DNA of 64,000 nucleotides, taken from positions 80,830 through 144,829 of the forward strand of contig JACQCQ010000013.1 of NCBI GenBank assembly GCA_016201505.1, written 5' to 3'. The number at the start of each line of letters is the position of its first letter. Position 1 is the first letter of the stretch. The notes under the pieces are model-generated. The model was not told where the DNA came from, did not search any database, and worked only from the letters and a program-made list of their open reading frames with translations. This document shows positions 54,068 through 61,604 of this stretch, piece after piece. Made by a program: the position numbers and the translations under genes. Source of the DNA: Candidatus Sungiibacteriota bacterium (lineage in GTDB: Bacteria; Patescibacteriota; Minisyncoccia; Sungbacterales; JACQCQ01).

Positions 54068-54317
54068 AGGGATTCTTATATGAATCTTGGAATGGATTCA
54101 CTGTTTTTTCATAGGGATTGGTCGCCGGAACTTTGTTGCCGATTGAGGAGGAGGCGCGAATGTTTATTCTGATGTTCTCGTTGGGAGTTGCTCTCGCAGC
54201 CGGCCCTTGATTAAAGATGCTCTCCTTCCAGTCCGGCCCCAAAGTTTTATATATGAAAAAAGCGGCAGCCAAAATGACGATAACGGTGATTAGGGCAATC
54301 ATGTATTTCATAGACAC
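54057..54317 (-). CDS. Small membrane-anchored protein (86 aa), probably co-transcribed with the Cys-rich protein.
   Basis: N-terminal TM helix [18 protein letters not shown]. 11-nt overlap with the downstream gene start. Confidence 0.4.
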
Positions 54318-54438
54318 TCTCTATTATAGATCCTGCAAAAAAGCCGTAAATACGCCTTTATAAACAATCACTTTTTAGACGTCTCAAATTTTTATTCTAA
54401 CTTTCTTAAGAACTTGAGAATGTTATTTTTACGCTGGT

Positions 54439-54897
54439 CTAAATTTTCTGCCAGCCGATGACGGGATGAAGTTCCCACCAGTTATGAAAGGTATCAAACC
54501 GGACAATGCCCCAGATTTTGATGCGATCGCCGGCTGTGGGTAGCGGCAAGTTTTTAATTTCAGGAATAAATTCAGTAACAAGCAACGACTCGTCCGGTGC
54601 CTTGATTACGACATGAAAGTCTCCGTCGGGTTGCGGGGCGATGATATTGACGACGCCCTCGACTGTAACTTTTGTCTTCTTGCTGCCGTGCGTAATGAAG
54701 GTGGCAAGATCAGTATCGTAATAGAGCAGGTCATCATCCTCCGTTTCACCTTGCTGGACAGAATAAGAAAGGGTTCGTTCTACAATTTTGGGAATTAAAG
54801 CCCGTGGATTTAATGTTTGGGATCGAATATAAAAACCAAACCCGATGCCCGCGCCCAAGACAACCAGAAACTTTACCGCCCAAAGCCATCGCGTCAT
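54439..54897 (-). CDS. Membrane-anchored hypothetical protein (152 aa).
   Basis: N-terminal TM helix, then a soluble beta-rich domain. Flanked by degenerate copies of the 50771 terminator palindrome. Confidence 0.5.
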   Translation of the reverse strand: MTRWLWAVKFLVVLGAGIGFGFYIRSQTLNPRALIPKIVERTLSYSVQQGETEDDDLLYYDTDLATFITHGSKKTKVTVEGVVNIIAPQPDGDFHVVIKAPDESLLVTEFIPEIKNLPLPTAGDRIKIWGIVRFDTFHNWWELHPVIGWQKI

Positions 54898-54989
54898 AAA
54901 CTTAGTTTAACCGTTCTCTGTTGACTATAGAAGGCTGACTGGGGAAACAGAATCAGTTCCGACAACATTCTCAAGTTCTTACTCTACCC

Positions 54990-55020
54990 CAGAAAAAACC
55001 GCCCGCGGGCGGTTTTTTTC
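54990..55020. terminator. Bidirectional terminator downstream of rpsI.
   Basis: AAAAAACCGCCCGCGGGCGGTTTTTTT. Confidence 0.65.
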
Positions 55021-55047
55021 TGCCTCATGCAAAGCGGGGAAATTTTT

Positions 55048-55125
55048 CTTCATCGGGCTGGCGGTGGGATCATTTACGCCCGAAGGGCTATCGAAATAAA
55101 GGCGCGAAGAAAAATTTCCTGCGAG
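55048..55125 (-). ncRNA. Conserved 3'-flank element, copy 2 of 2 (see 48060-48145), immediately downstream of the rpsI stop.
   Basis: Same conserved core as 48060-48145 with a covarying outer stem. Confidence 0.35.
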
Positions 55126-55692
55126 CTATCGTTTTTGCCACTGCGGGGCGCGACGGGCTTTTTTAAGTCCAAACTTTTTGCGCTCTACTTCTCGTGCATC
55201 GCGGGTTAGGAAGCCTGCCCGTTTTAGTCTTTTTCTAAATTCTGGATTGAATACTGTGAGTGCTCTCGAAATGCCAAGCCGAATGGCTTCGGCTTGGGAG
55301 TGAATGCCGCCACCATTAACTTTGGCCGAAACGCGAAAGCGGCCTTCAGAGCGCATCTTTTTCATCGGGTCATCAACCAGCCGCTGGAGTTCCATGGTGG
55401 GAAAATATTCCTTATAGGGCCGCTGGTTTACGACCGTCACTAAATCGCCCTTGGTATATAAACGCACGCGGGCGACCGCCGTTTTTCTGCGGCCGACAGC
55501 TTCAAAATAGCGATCGGTTTTGGGAATAACAAATTGAAAATCGGCCTCCGATTCTTTTTCGGGCTCCCCTACCATAGCCATTTTTGGACTATGGATGGCG
55601 ACTTCCTGCTTCTTGACTTTGGCGCGAGTCGTCGGCGCTTTCTCCTTTTTTGGTTTTTCCTCTCCGCCTTTGGCGGATTTCTTCGTCGGCAT
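55126..55692 (-). CDS. rpsI: 30S ribosomal protein S9 with an N-terminal Lys-rich extension.
   Basis: GRRKTAVARV, GGG, RLGISRAL, AGFLTRDAREVERKKFGLKKARRAPQWQKR: the S9 C-terminal signature. Confidence 0.9.
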   Translation of the reverse strand: MPTKKSAKGGEEKPKKEKAPTTRAKVKKQEVAIHSPKMAMVGEPEKESEADFQFVIPKTDRYFEAVGRRKTAVARVRLYTKGDLVTVVNQRPYKEYFPTMELQRLVDDPMKKMRSEGRFRVSAKVNGGGIHSQAEAIRLGISRALTVFNPEFRKRLKRAGFLTRDAREVERKKFGLKKARRAPQWQKR

Positions 55693-55716
55693 AGCCTAAT
55701 TCTTAATTCATTATTC

Positions 55717-56073
55717 CTAATTCTCGCTTCCTCGATGCATCACTAAATGCCTGATCCGAATCGCGCGGAGTTTGTTTTTCGGCAGCATGCCCATCACGGC
55801 ATGCTCCAAAACTTTCCGCGAGTCTTTAGCAAATAAATCTTTATAAACAGTTTCTTTCAGTCCTCCATGAAAGCCGGAATGATGACGATAGAGTTTTTGA
55901 TCCGCCTTCTTTCCGGTGACGCGAAGCTTATCGGTATTGGTGACTACAACTTTGGTCTCACCGGGTTTCGCATAATCAAATGCGGCGCCGCTTTTGCCCA
56001 TTAAGTGTTTGGCAACTAGAACGGCCAGCCGTCCGACAACCTTATTTGCTGCATCTAATTTCACCTCCTTCAT
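55717..56073 (-). CDS. rplM: 50S ribosomal protein L13.
   Basis: VVGRLAV.VAK.L; YYRHSGF.GG L13 core (LYRHHSGFHGGL). Confidence 0.9.
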   Translation of the reverse strand: MKEVKLDAANKVVGRLAVLVAKHLMGKSGAAFDYAKPGETKVVVTNTDKLRVTGKKADQKLYRHHSGFHGGLKETVYKDLFAKDSRKVLEHAVMGMLPKNKLRAIRIRHLVMHRGSEN

Positions 56074-56103
56074 AATTCCTCATTCATTATTCCTAATTCA
56101 CGG

Positions 56104-56451
56104 CTACACAAACTCAATAATGGCGAGTCTGGCCGCATCTGACTTGCGAACACCTAATTTCATAATCCGGGTGTATCCTCCATTTCGATCCTTATAATTC
56201 GGCGCGATTTTTTCAATCAAGATTCCCGCAATTTTCGGCGAAGTCGCGGAAATAATTTGCCGGCGTTTGGCGAGTGTCCCGGCTTTGGCTTTTGTCACCA
56301 ATTTTTCTACCGCTGGACGCAGTTCTTTGGCACGGGCTTCGGTCGTCTGGATGCGGCGGCGCAACACCAAAGCCGAGACGAGTGATTTCATAAACGCCTT
56401 TCTTTGATCCGTCTTGCGGCCGAATATTCTGCCCCTGCGTCTGTGCTGCAT
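56104..56451 (-). CDS. rplQ: 50S ribosomal protein L17.
   Basis: MQHRRRGRIFGRKTDQRKAFMKSL and TTEARAKELRP, a typical L17. Confidence 0.9.
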   Translation of the reverse strand: MQHRRRGRIFGRKTDQRKAFMKSLVSALVLRRRIQTTEARAKELRPAVEKLVTKAKAGTLAKRRQIISATSPKIAGILIEKIAPNYKDRNGGYTRIMKLGVRKSDAARLAIIEFV

Positions 56452-56581
56452 ACAAGCTAAATTCTAAATTCGAAACTCGAAATACGAAACAAATTCTAAA
56501 TTCAAAAGATTGAAATTCAAGACGTGCTTCATAATTTTGAATTTGGTCATTTGAATTTGTTTAGGATTTAGGATTTCGTGC
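56452..56581. repeat. AT-rich about 130-bp intergenic hairpin element between rpoA and rplQ. It is near-identical over about 117 nt to 58906-59042.
   Basis: ACAAGCTAAATTCTAAATTCGAAACTCGAAATACGAAACAAATTCTAAATTCAAAAGATTGAAATTCAAGACGTGCTTCATAATTTTGAATTTGGTCATTTGAATTTGTTTAGGATTTAGGATTTCGTGCTTAGGATTT, with long imperfect inverted-repeat arms. Confidence 0.6.
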
Positions 56582-57535
56582 TTAGGATTTTAGGCTTAAG
56601 CCTAATTTCGCAAGCATCGCTCTAATTTCTTCAATACCCTTGTCGCCAATGCCCTCGAATTCCCGAAGTTTTTCTTCAGTCTTTTTGGCCAGCGCGCCGG
56701 CAGTCTTAATACCAGCCTCCGCCAGCGCATTTAACGTTCGGCTCGAGAAATCCATATCGACTATTTTCAGCTTGGCCAGATCTTGAGTCCCGTCTTCGGC
56801 GGTTTCAGCTATAGATTCTGCCGTATGGGCGCGTGAGCCCATTTCCGGGCGCGTCTCGTAGTTTGCCAGAAGCGACTTAAATTGGTCAACTAGGATGCTG
56901 GTCGCGCCCGCCAAAGCTTCCTGGGGGGTAAGGCTGCCATCGGTTTCGATATGTAAGCGGAGGCGGTTATAGTCGGTTTGGTCTCCCACGCGCATGTTCT
57001 CCACTTCATAATTTACATGCCGCACGGGAGAAAATGCCGCATCCAGAGCAATCGTTCCAATTTCGACTTTATCTTTAGAACGCTGTTCAACCGGCTGATA
57101 GCCGAGACCGCGCGAGACTTCAAGCTCCATTTCGAGCGTGGCTTTTTTGTCGGTAATCGTGGCGATATGCAGATCGGGCGAGACGATTTCCAATTGCGAA
57201 GGGCATTTTAAGTCTTTGGCTTTTACCTCCTTCTCGCCTTTAACCGAAAGTGAGGCGGCATACGGCCCGTCGCCGTGAATCTTAAAGCGCAGCCGCTTTA
57301 AATTGAGAATAATTTCGACGATGTCTTCTAAAACGCCGTCAATCGAAGTAAATTCATGTCCGACACCTTTAATTTTGACGGAGGTGACTGCCGCTCCTTC
57401 CAGTGAAGAAAGCATAACGCGGCGCAGGCTGTTCCCGATGGTGAGACCGTATCCCGGATAAAGATTCTCGATCTCATAGGTGCCGCGGTTTCCTTCTTCT
57501 TGAATGACGCGCGCCTCGCTGGGTGATGGAATCAT
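56582..57535 (-). CDS. rpoA: DNA-directed RNA polymerase alpha subunit.
   Basis: Full-length RpoA similarity: N-terminal dimerisation domain and C-terminal alpha-CTD (RTLNALAEAGIKT). Confidence 0.95.
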   Translation of the reverse strand: MIPSPSEARVIQEEGNRGTYEIENLYPGYGLTIGNSLRRVMLSSLEGAAVTSVKIKGVGHEFTSIDGVLEDIVEIILNLKRLRFKIHGDGPYAASLSVKGEKEVKAKDLKCPSQLEIVSPDLHIATITDKKATLEMELEVSRGLGYQPVEQRSKDKVEIGTIALDAAFSPVRHVNYEVENMRVGDQTDYNRLRLHIETDGSLTPQEALAGATSILVDQFKSLLANYETRPEMGSRAHTAESIAETAEDGTQDLAKLKIVDMDFSSRTLNALAEAGIKTAGALAKKTEEKLREFEGIGDKGIEEIRAMLAKLGLSLKS

Positions 57536-57607
57536 ACTCTGGCTGGTACACTTCGCGGATAAACGTTCTGTGGCAGTTCACCCAACTCTTGCACCAGCTT
57601 GGACTCA

Positions 57608-58228
57608 TTATTTTGAATAAAACTCAACGACAAGTCTTAAATTCCTGCCGACACCTTCTTCTTTCGGCAGATCGTTTACAGTCGCCGCACACGCTTCGGG
57701 GTCGAGACTGATCCAAGCCGGCGGATTATATTTTTTGAGGGCATTGGCCAGTCCTTCAAAGCCTTGGCCTGCAAGTGACTGCGGGCGAATGGAAATAACA
57801 TCTCCCTTGCGTACGCGGTATGAAGGAATATTGACGCGGCGGCCATTGACCAGCACATGCCCATGCGAGACAATGTGCCGCGCGATACCGCGCGAGACGG
57901 TAAACCCCGCACGATAAACCACGTTATCAAGACGTCGCTCTAAAATCTGCATCAAGACCTCGCCGGTTTTTCCTGCCTTCTGCTGGGCCTCGGTAAAAAC
58001 TTTTTCGAGAGCCGTGTCCGTCAGCCCATAGGTGTATCTCATTTTTTGTTTTTCCATCAATTGTGTGCCGAATTCGGAGACGTTTCGTTTCGGCCGCTTG
58101 CCGTGCATGCCGGGCCGTGTGCCGCGGCGAAGAGAGGCGCATTTGGGCCCCATACAGCGTTCCCCTTTCATAAACATCTTCTCGCCATAGCGGCGACAGA
58201 CTTTACATTTTGCTTGGATGCGTGACAT
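57608..58228 (-). CDS. rpsD: 30S ribosomal protein S4.
   Basis: MSRIQAKCKVCRRYGEKMFMKGERC zinc-ribbon N-terminus. S4 domain with YRAGF and R-x-x-A-R-Q (IARHIVSHGHVLVNG). Confidence 0.95.
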   Translation of the reverse strand: MSRIQAKCKVCRRYGEKMFMKGERCMGPKCASLRRGTRPGMHGKRPKRNVSEFGTQLMEKQKMRYTYGLTDTALEKVFTEAQQKAGKTGEVLMQILERRLDNVVYRAGFTVSRGIARHIVSHGHVLVNGRRVNIPSYRVRKGDVISIRPQSLAGQGFEGLANALKKYNPPAWISLDPEACAATVNDLPKEEGVGRNLRLVVEFYSK

Positions 58229-58293
58229 GCCTATTTTGTCGAAATTATTGAGTGAGTGAAGCGAACGAAAAGAATTTCGTTACAAAACTGAGC

Positions 58294-58392
58294 ACCCCGT
58301 TAGATACTATGCGAACAGACATAGCGCTTACTTTAGAATTTGGGTTGCAATCGGGGTTTTTGGTCTTTTTCATACTCATTATCTAACGGGGT
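58294..58392. mobile_element. MITE-like element (99 bp) with ACCCCGTTAGATA / TATCTAACGGGGT terminal inverted repeats, between rpsK and rpsD.
   Basis: 13-bp terminal inverted repeats with the CCCGTTAGA core. Confidence 0.5.
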
Positions 58393-58449
58393 AAAGGTTT
58401 TGTTATAAAAATTGATTTCGCTTGGCTCATGAATTTTTAACAAAGCCCT

Positions 58450-58905
58450 TTAAACTCTCCTCACTTTTTTCGGCCGAACGCCATTATGCGGTACCGGTGT
58501 AATATCTTTAATCATCATGATATTGAGCCCGTGATTGGCGAGAGCCCTCACCGCCGAATCTCTACCCGAGCCAATACCTTTCACCAGTACAGCGACATCT
58601 TCCAGTCCGGTTTTTTTTACTTTCTCTACCACGGTTTCGGCGACCCGAGCCGCGGCAAAGGGGGTGGCTTTTTTGGCCCCCTTAAACCCCAGCGCGCCAG
58701 CCGAAGACCAGGCCATAACGTTTCCCTTGTCGTCACTGATCGAAATCATAGTGTTATTGTAGGTGGCTTGGACATGCGCCACACCCCGGACAACGTGTCG
58801 CCCCGAAGCCCCCGCCTCTTTCATCTTGGAAACTTTAGACTCGAGCTCCTCACGCTCTTTTAAAGCCTCCTCGGCGCCTTGTTTTGCTACGCGTTTTTTT
58901 CCCAT
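58450..58905 (-). CDS. rpsK: 30S ribosomal protein S11.
   Basis: GVAHVQATYNNTMISISDDKGNVMAWSSAG..GFKG.KK.TPFAA: the S11 core. Confidence 0.9.
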   Translation of the reverse strand: MGKKRVAKQGAEEALKEREELESKVSKMKEAGASGRHVVRGVAHVQATYNNTMISISDDKGNVMAWSSAGALGFKGAKKATPFAAARVAETVVEKVKKTGLEDVAVLVKGIGSGRDSAVRALANHGLNIMMIKDITPVPHNGVRPKKVRRV

Positions 58906-59042
58906 ACAAGCTAAATTCTAAATTCGAAACTCGAAATACGAAACAAATTCTAAATTCAAAAGATTGAAATTCAAGACGTGCTTCATAATTTTGAATTTGG
59001 TCATTTGAATTTGTTTAGAGTTTAGGATTTCGTGCTTAGGAT
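58906..59042. repeat. AT-rich intergenic hairpin element between rpsM and rpsK (near-identical copy of 56452-56581).
   Basis: About 117/118 identical to the rpoA-rplQ spacer element. Confidence 0.6.
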
Positions 59043-59432
59043 TTATGTCGGTGAGGCCGCTGATTTTCTGCCGGAGCCCATCGTCTTTCGCACATTGCCG
59101 CGGCGCGTTCGTGAATTCGTTTTTGTCCGCTGGCCGTTGACTGGCAGGCCGCGCATATGGCGCAGGCCGCGATAGGTTGAGATGTCTTTAAGTCTTTTAA
59201 TGTTCATCATAATCTCGCGGCGCAAATCTCCTTCAATTTTGTAACTCTTTTCAATTGCGTCTCGCAGCCGCCCGATTTCATCTTGCGTGAGGCTATCACT
59301 CTTTTTACTCGGGCTCACATTGGCAACTTTTAAAACCTGCTTGGCGTTTGTGGCACCAATGCCATAAATATATCTCAAAGCGACATCAACTCTTTTTTTA
59401 TCTGGAATGGCAATACCCGCAATGCGAACCAT
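59043..59432 (-). CDS. rpsM: 30S ribosomal protein S13.
   Basis: MVRIAGIAIPDKKRVDVALRYIYGIG...YRGLRHMRGLPVNGQRT: the S13 signature. Confidence 0.9.
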   Translation of the reverse strand: MVRIAGIAIPDKKRVDVALRYIYGIGATNAKQVLKVANVSPSKKSDSLTQDEIGRLRDAIEKSYKIEGDLRREIMMNIKRLKDISTYRGLRHMRGLPVNGQRTKTNSRTRRGNVRKTMGSGRKSAASPT

Positions 59433-59561
59433 AGTAAATCAAATTCTAAATCCGAATTTCTAAATCCGAAACAAATACCAATACACCAAATCCAAAATTT
59501 GGAACTTTAGAATTTAGAATTTGTTTAGAGTTTAGGATTTCGTGCTTAGGATTTTTCATGT
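59433..59561. repeat. AT-rich intergenic hairpin element between rpmJ and rpsM. Its 3' half matches the 56452/58906 elements.
   Basis: ...GAATTTAGAATTTGTTTAGAGTTTAGGATTTCGTGCTTAGGATTT is shared with the other copies. The 5' arm is built from AAATCCGAAA / CTAAATCCGAA units. Confidence 0.5.
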
Positions 59562-59675
59562 TTAGCCTTGCCGCTGCTTATGCTTTGGATTCTTGCATAC
59601 AACAAATACTCGACCGTTCCGTCGAGTTGTCTTGCAATGACTGCAGATCTTTTTAACCGATGCGCGAACTTTCAT
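59562..59675 (-). CDS. rpmJ: 50S ribosomal protein L36. It is not in the ORF track because it is under 60 aa.
   Basis: Manual translation [37 protein letters not shown] matches the L36 consensus ([11 protein letters not shown]...RR.GR..V.C.NP.HKQRQG). Confidence 0.85.
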   Translation of the reverse strand: MKVRASVKKICSHCKTTRRNGRVFVVCKNPKHKQRQG

Positions 59676-59780
59676 CCCGTTAGAAGCAGATCGCGATCAA
59701 ACGCGTTGTCTGCAAAAATAAATGTAATTAAATTGCTCTTTGTAACCCCGCTATTTCGCGATCGCGGCTTCTAACGGGAT
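59674..59780. mobile_element. MITE-like element (107 bp). Its terminal repeats ATCCCGTTAGAAGCAGA...CGCGGCTTCTAACGGGAT match those of the 32309 element in reverse orientation. Its left end overlaps the rpmJ start codon.
   Basis: Both ends carry the CCCGTTAGAAG core and match the 32309-32473 ends in reverse orientation. An internal GATCGCGATCAAACGCG block is shared with 32309-32473. The element begins with the AT of the rpmJ ATG. Confidence 0.6.
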
Positions 59781-59786
59781 TAATCC

Positions 59787-60002
59787 CTACTTCATGCGCA
59801 GTACGATCCTGCCTTTCGTTAAATCATAGGGCGACATTTCAATCCGCACGCGATCCCCGGGCAGAACCCGAATGTGATGCACGCGCATTTTCCCGCCCAA
59901 ATGGGCCAGGATCTCTTGCCCATTGTCGAGGAGAACCCTAAACAGGGTAGAGGGCAACGCTTCAGTTACTTCGCCTTCATGGATGATTTTGTCACCTGCC
60001 AT
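59787..60002 (-). CDS. infA: Translation initiation factor IF-1.
   Basis: S1-like OB fold: [31 protein letters not shown]...[22 protein letters not shown]. Confidence 0.9.
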   Translation of the reverse strand: MAGDKIIHEGEVTEALPSTLFRVLLDNGQEILAHLGGKMRVHHIRVLPGDRVRIEMSPYDLTKGRIVLRMK

Positions 60003-60078
60003 TGTATTTTTTCGCCTACGGCGAAAGGAGTAGTGATATGGTATCAGAGGGGGCCTTTCGCGTCAACCCTATTTTAAG

Positions 60079-61599
60079 CTAAGATCCGGCTGCAAACGGC
60101 TCAATCGTTAGATTGATTTTGGCTGGGTCATCGGGGGCATTTTTAAGCCAAAAAGGGAAGAATTTAAGCTTATAGGCCTTAAGCCCGGGTACCGTCTGGA
60201 GCGCACTTTCAATCGCCCCAGGCGAACTGCCTTCAATTTTTTGCAAAATAGCATCTCGGTCGAGTCGACCGCCAAGTACGACGGCATTGGAAAGCGTATA
60301 GGTCAGTTGGTGTCTCGCAATATCGAGATTAACCCCGGTTCTCGCGAGCGCGCTGCCAGGCTCCACAAAAACTTTAGGACTTGAGGTCGAAAATAAGGCC
60401 GCGACCAGTTCCTCTTCATCCTGATTTCGAAATGCCATGGCGTTCACCTTACCCGTGGCTGTCACCGCAAACTGATCACCGGCCGTTCCGGCCTTAGGCG
60501 AAGAAACATTGGTGATGGCAATTTCGCGGGCCCCGTCAATAATGGTAAACCCGTCAGGGATCTTTAGTTTCAATTGATCCCGAAGATAATTAAACAAATC
60601 CGCCGTTACGCCTTGGCTGGCATTTTTGATATCTATCTCGGTGATCACATTCGATTCACCGGATACGCCACCGGAAAATCCATTCGCGGCAGTTGCCGTA
60701 ATGGTTTGATATTTCGGCGTCCCTTTAAACCCGACAATCTTGAGTAGGACGGGGCCAGAGTTATAGAGGGGTCCAACATCCGCGGCGGAAACTGTTGCCT
60801 GAATGGTACTAGGCGACAGTTTGCCCGCCTGCGATTTTGCTCCGGGGACCGTCACACCTTTATCGAGGCGATAGATTTTTCCTTCTGGAGTTTGAAATCG
60901 GGTCTCTATAATTAAAACTTGCGGGTCAGTACCAAAGGCGTTGGTAATGAGAATCGTGCCTTTGGCTTTTTGATTGGTTCTGGCGTGTCCAGATGATTTA
61001 GCCGTAACTTGACGGCTTTCGGTGAAGGTAATCATCTCGCCGGGAATAATGCCCCGCGCCGGATCGATGGCGTTGGCATCCGAACTGACTTTCAGCGGCG
61101 TGGGGGGCAGATTAAAGGTGTCGGTCGTGGGGGTGAGCGAGATACTCACGCGAGCAAATGTCGTTGAGAGTAAAATGATAAGAGCCAGCACCGCTCCTAA
61201 AAAACCGCCGACCATAAGCCAGCTCCGCCGGTGGCGTCTTCGACCCGGCTCCCAGGTTCTAACTTCAAATTTGTCTTTGGGGGCTAGCATCTTTCTCGAA
61301 TCTGCTTGGGGTACTTCTTCTTTCAGCGTCACTTCTTCCGCCCGCGGGCGGAAAAAATCGGCAATAGCCTGATCCGTGTCAGCCGGCAGTTTGGGAGCTG
61401 GGATGGGCTCGGCCCTTTTTTTCGGTTTTGGCGGCGAGTCAGGCGTTTTTGGCTCGTCTCTAAATGTAATCTCTGTTACCGGTTCATTAGTTGGCTCAAT
61501 TTTTTTTAAAACAATGGGCTCGGCCCTTTTTTTCCCGACTCGAATGTCATTCAGGCCACGTCGCGACAGGGCTTTATTTTTATCAGGTAATCCAGTCAT
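60079..61599 (-). CDS. Membrane-anchored hypothetical protein: a Pro/Lys-rich cytoplasmic N-terminus, a single TM helix and a large extracytoplasmic domain.
   Basis: TM helix SWLMVGGFLGAVLALIILL. No recognised family. Confidence 0.45.
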   Translation of the reverse strand: MTGLPDKNKALSRRGLNDIRVGKKRAEPIVLKKIEPTNEPVTEITFRDEPKTPDSPPKPKKRAEPIPAPKLPADTDQAIADFFRPRAEEVTLKEEVPQADSRKMLAPKDKFEVRTWEPGRRRHRRSWLMVGGFLGAVLALIILLSTTFARVSISLTPTTDTFNLPPTPLKVSSDANAIDPARGIIPGEMITFTESRQVTAKSSGHARTNQKAKGTILITNAFGTDPQVLIIETRFQTPEGKIYRLDKGVTVPGAKSQAGKLSPSTIQATVSAADVGPLYNSGPVLLKIVGFKGTPKYQTITATAANGFSGGVSGESNVITEIDIKNASQGVTADLFNYLRDQLKLKIPDGFTIIDGAREIAITNVSSPKAGTAGDQFAVTATGKVNAMAFRNQDEEELVAALFSTSSPKVFVEPGSALARTGVNLDIARHQLTYTLSNAVVLGGRLDRDAILQKIEGSSPGAIESALQTVPGLKAYKLKFFPFWLKNAPDDPAKINLTIEPFAAGS

Positions 61600-61604
61600 A
61601 ACAA

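Noticed and set aside
27855-59561. AT-rich CTAAATT / CGAAAT tandem-like repeats, considered as a CRISPR array.
   Set aside because: There are no regularly spaced identical direct repeats separated by unique spacers. The units are short, degenerate, arranged as inverted-repeat arms, and no cas genes are present.
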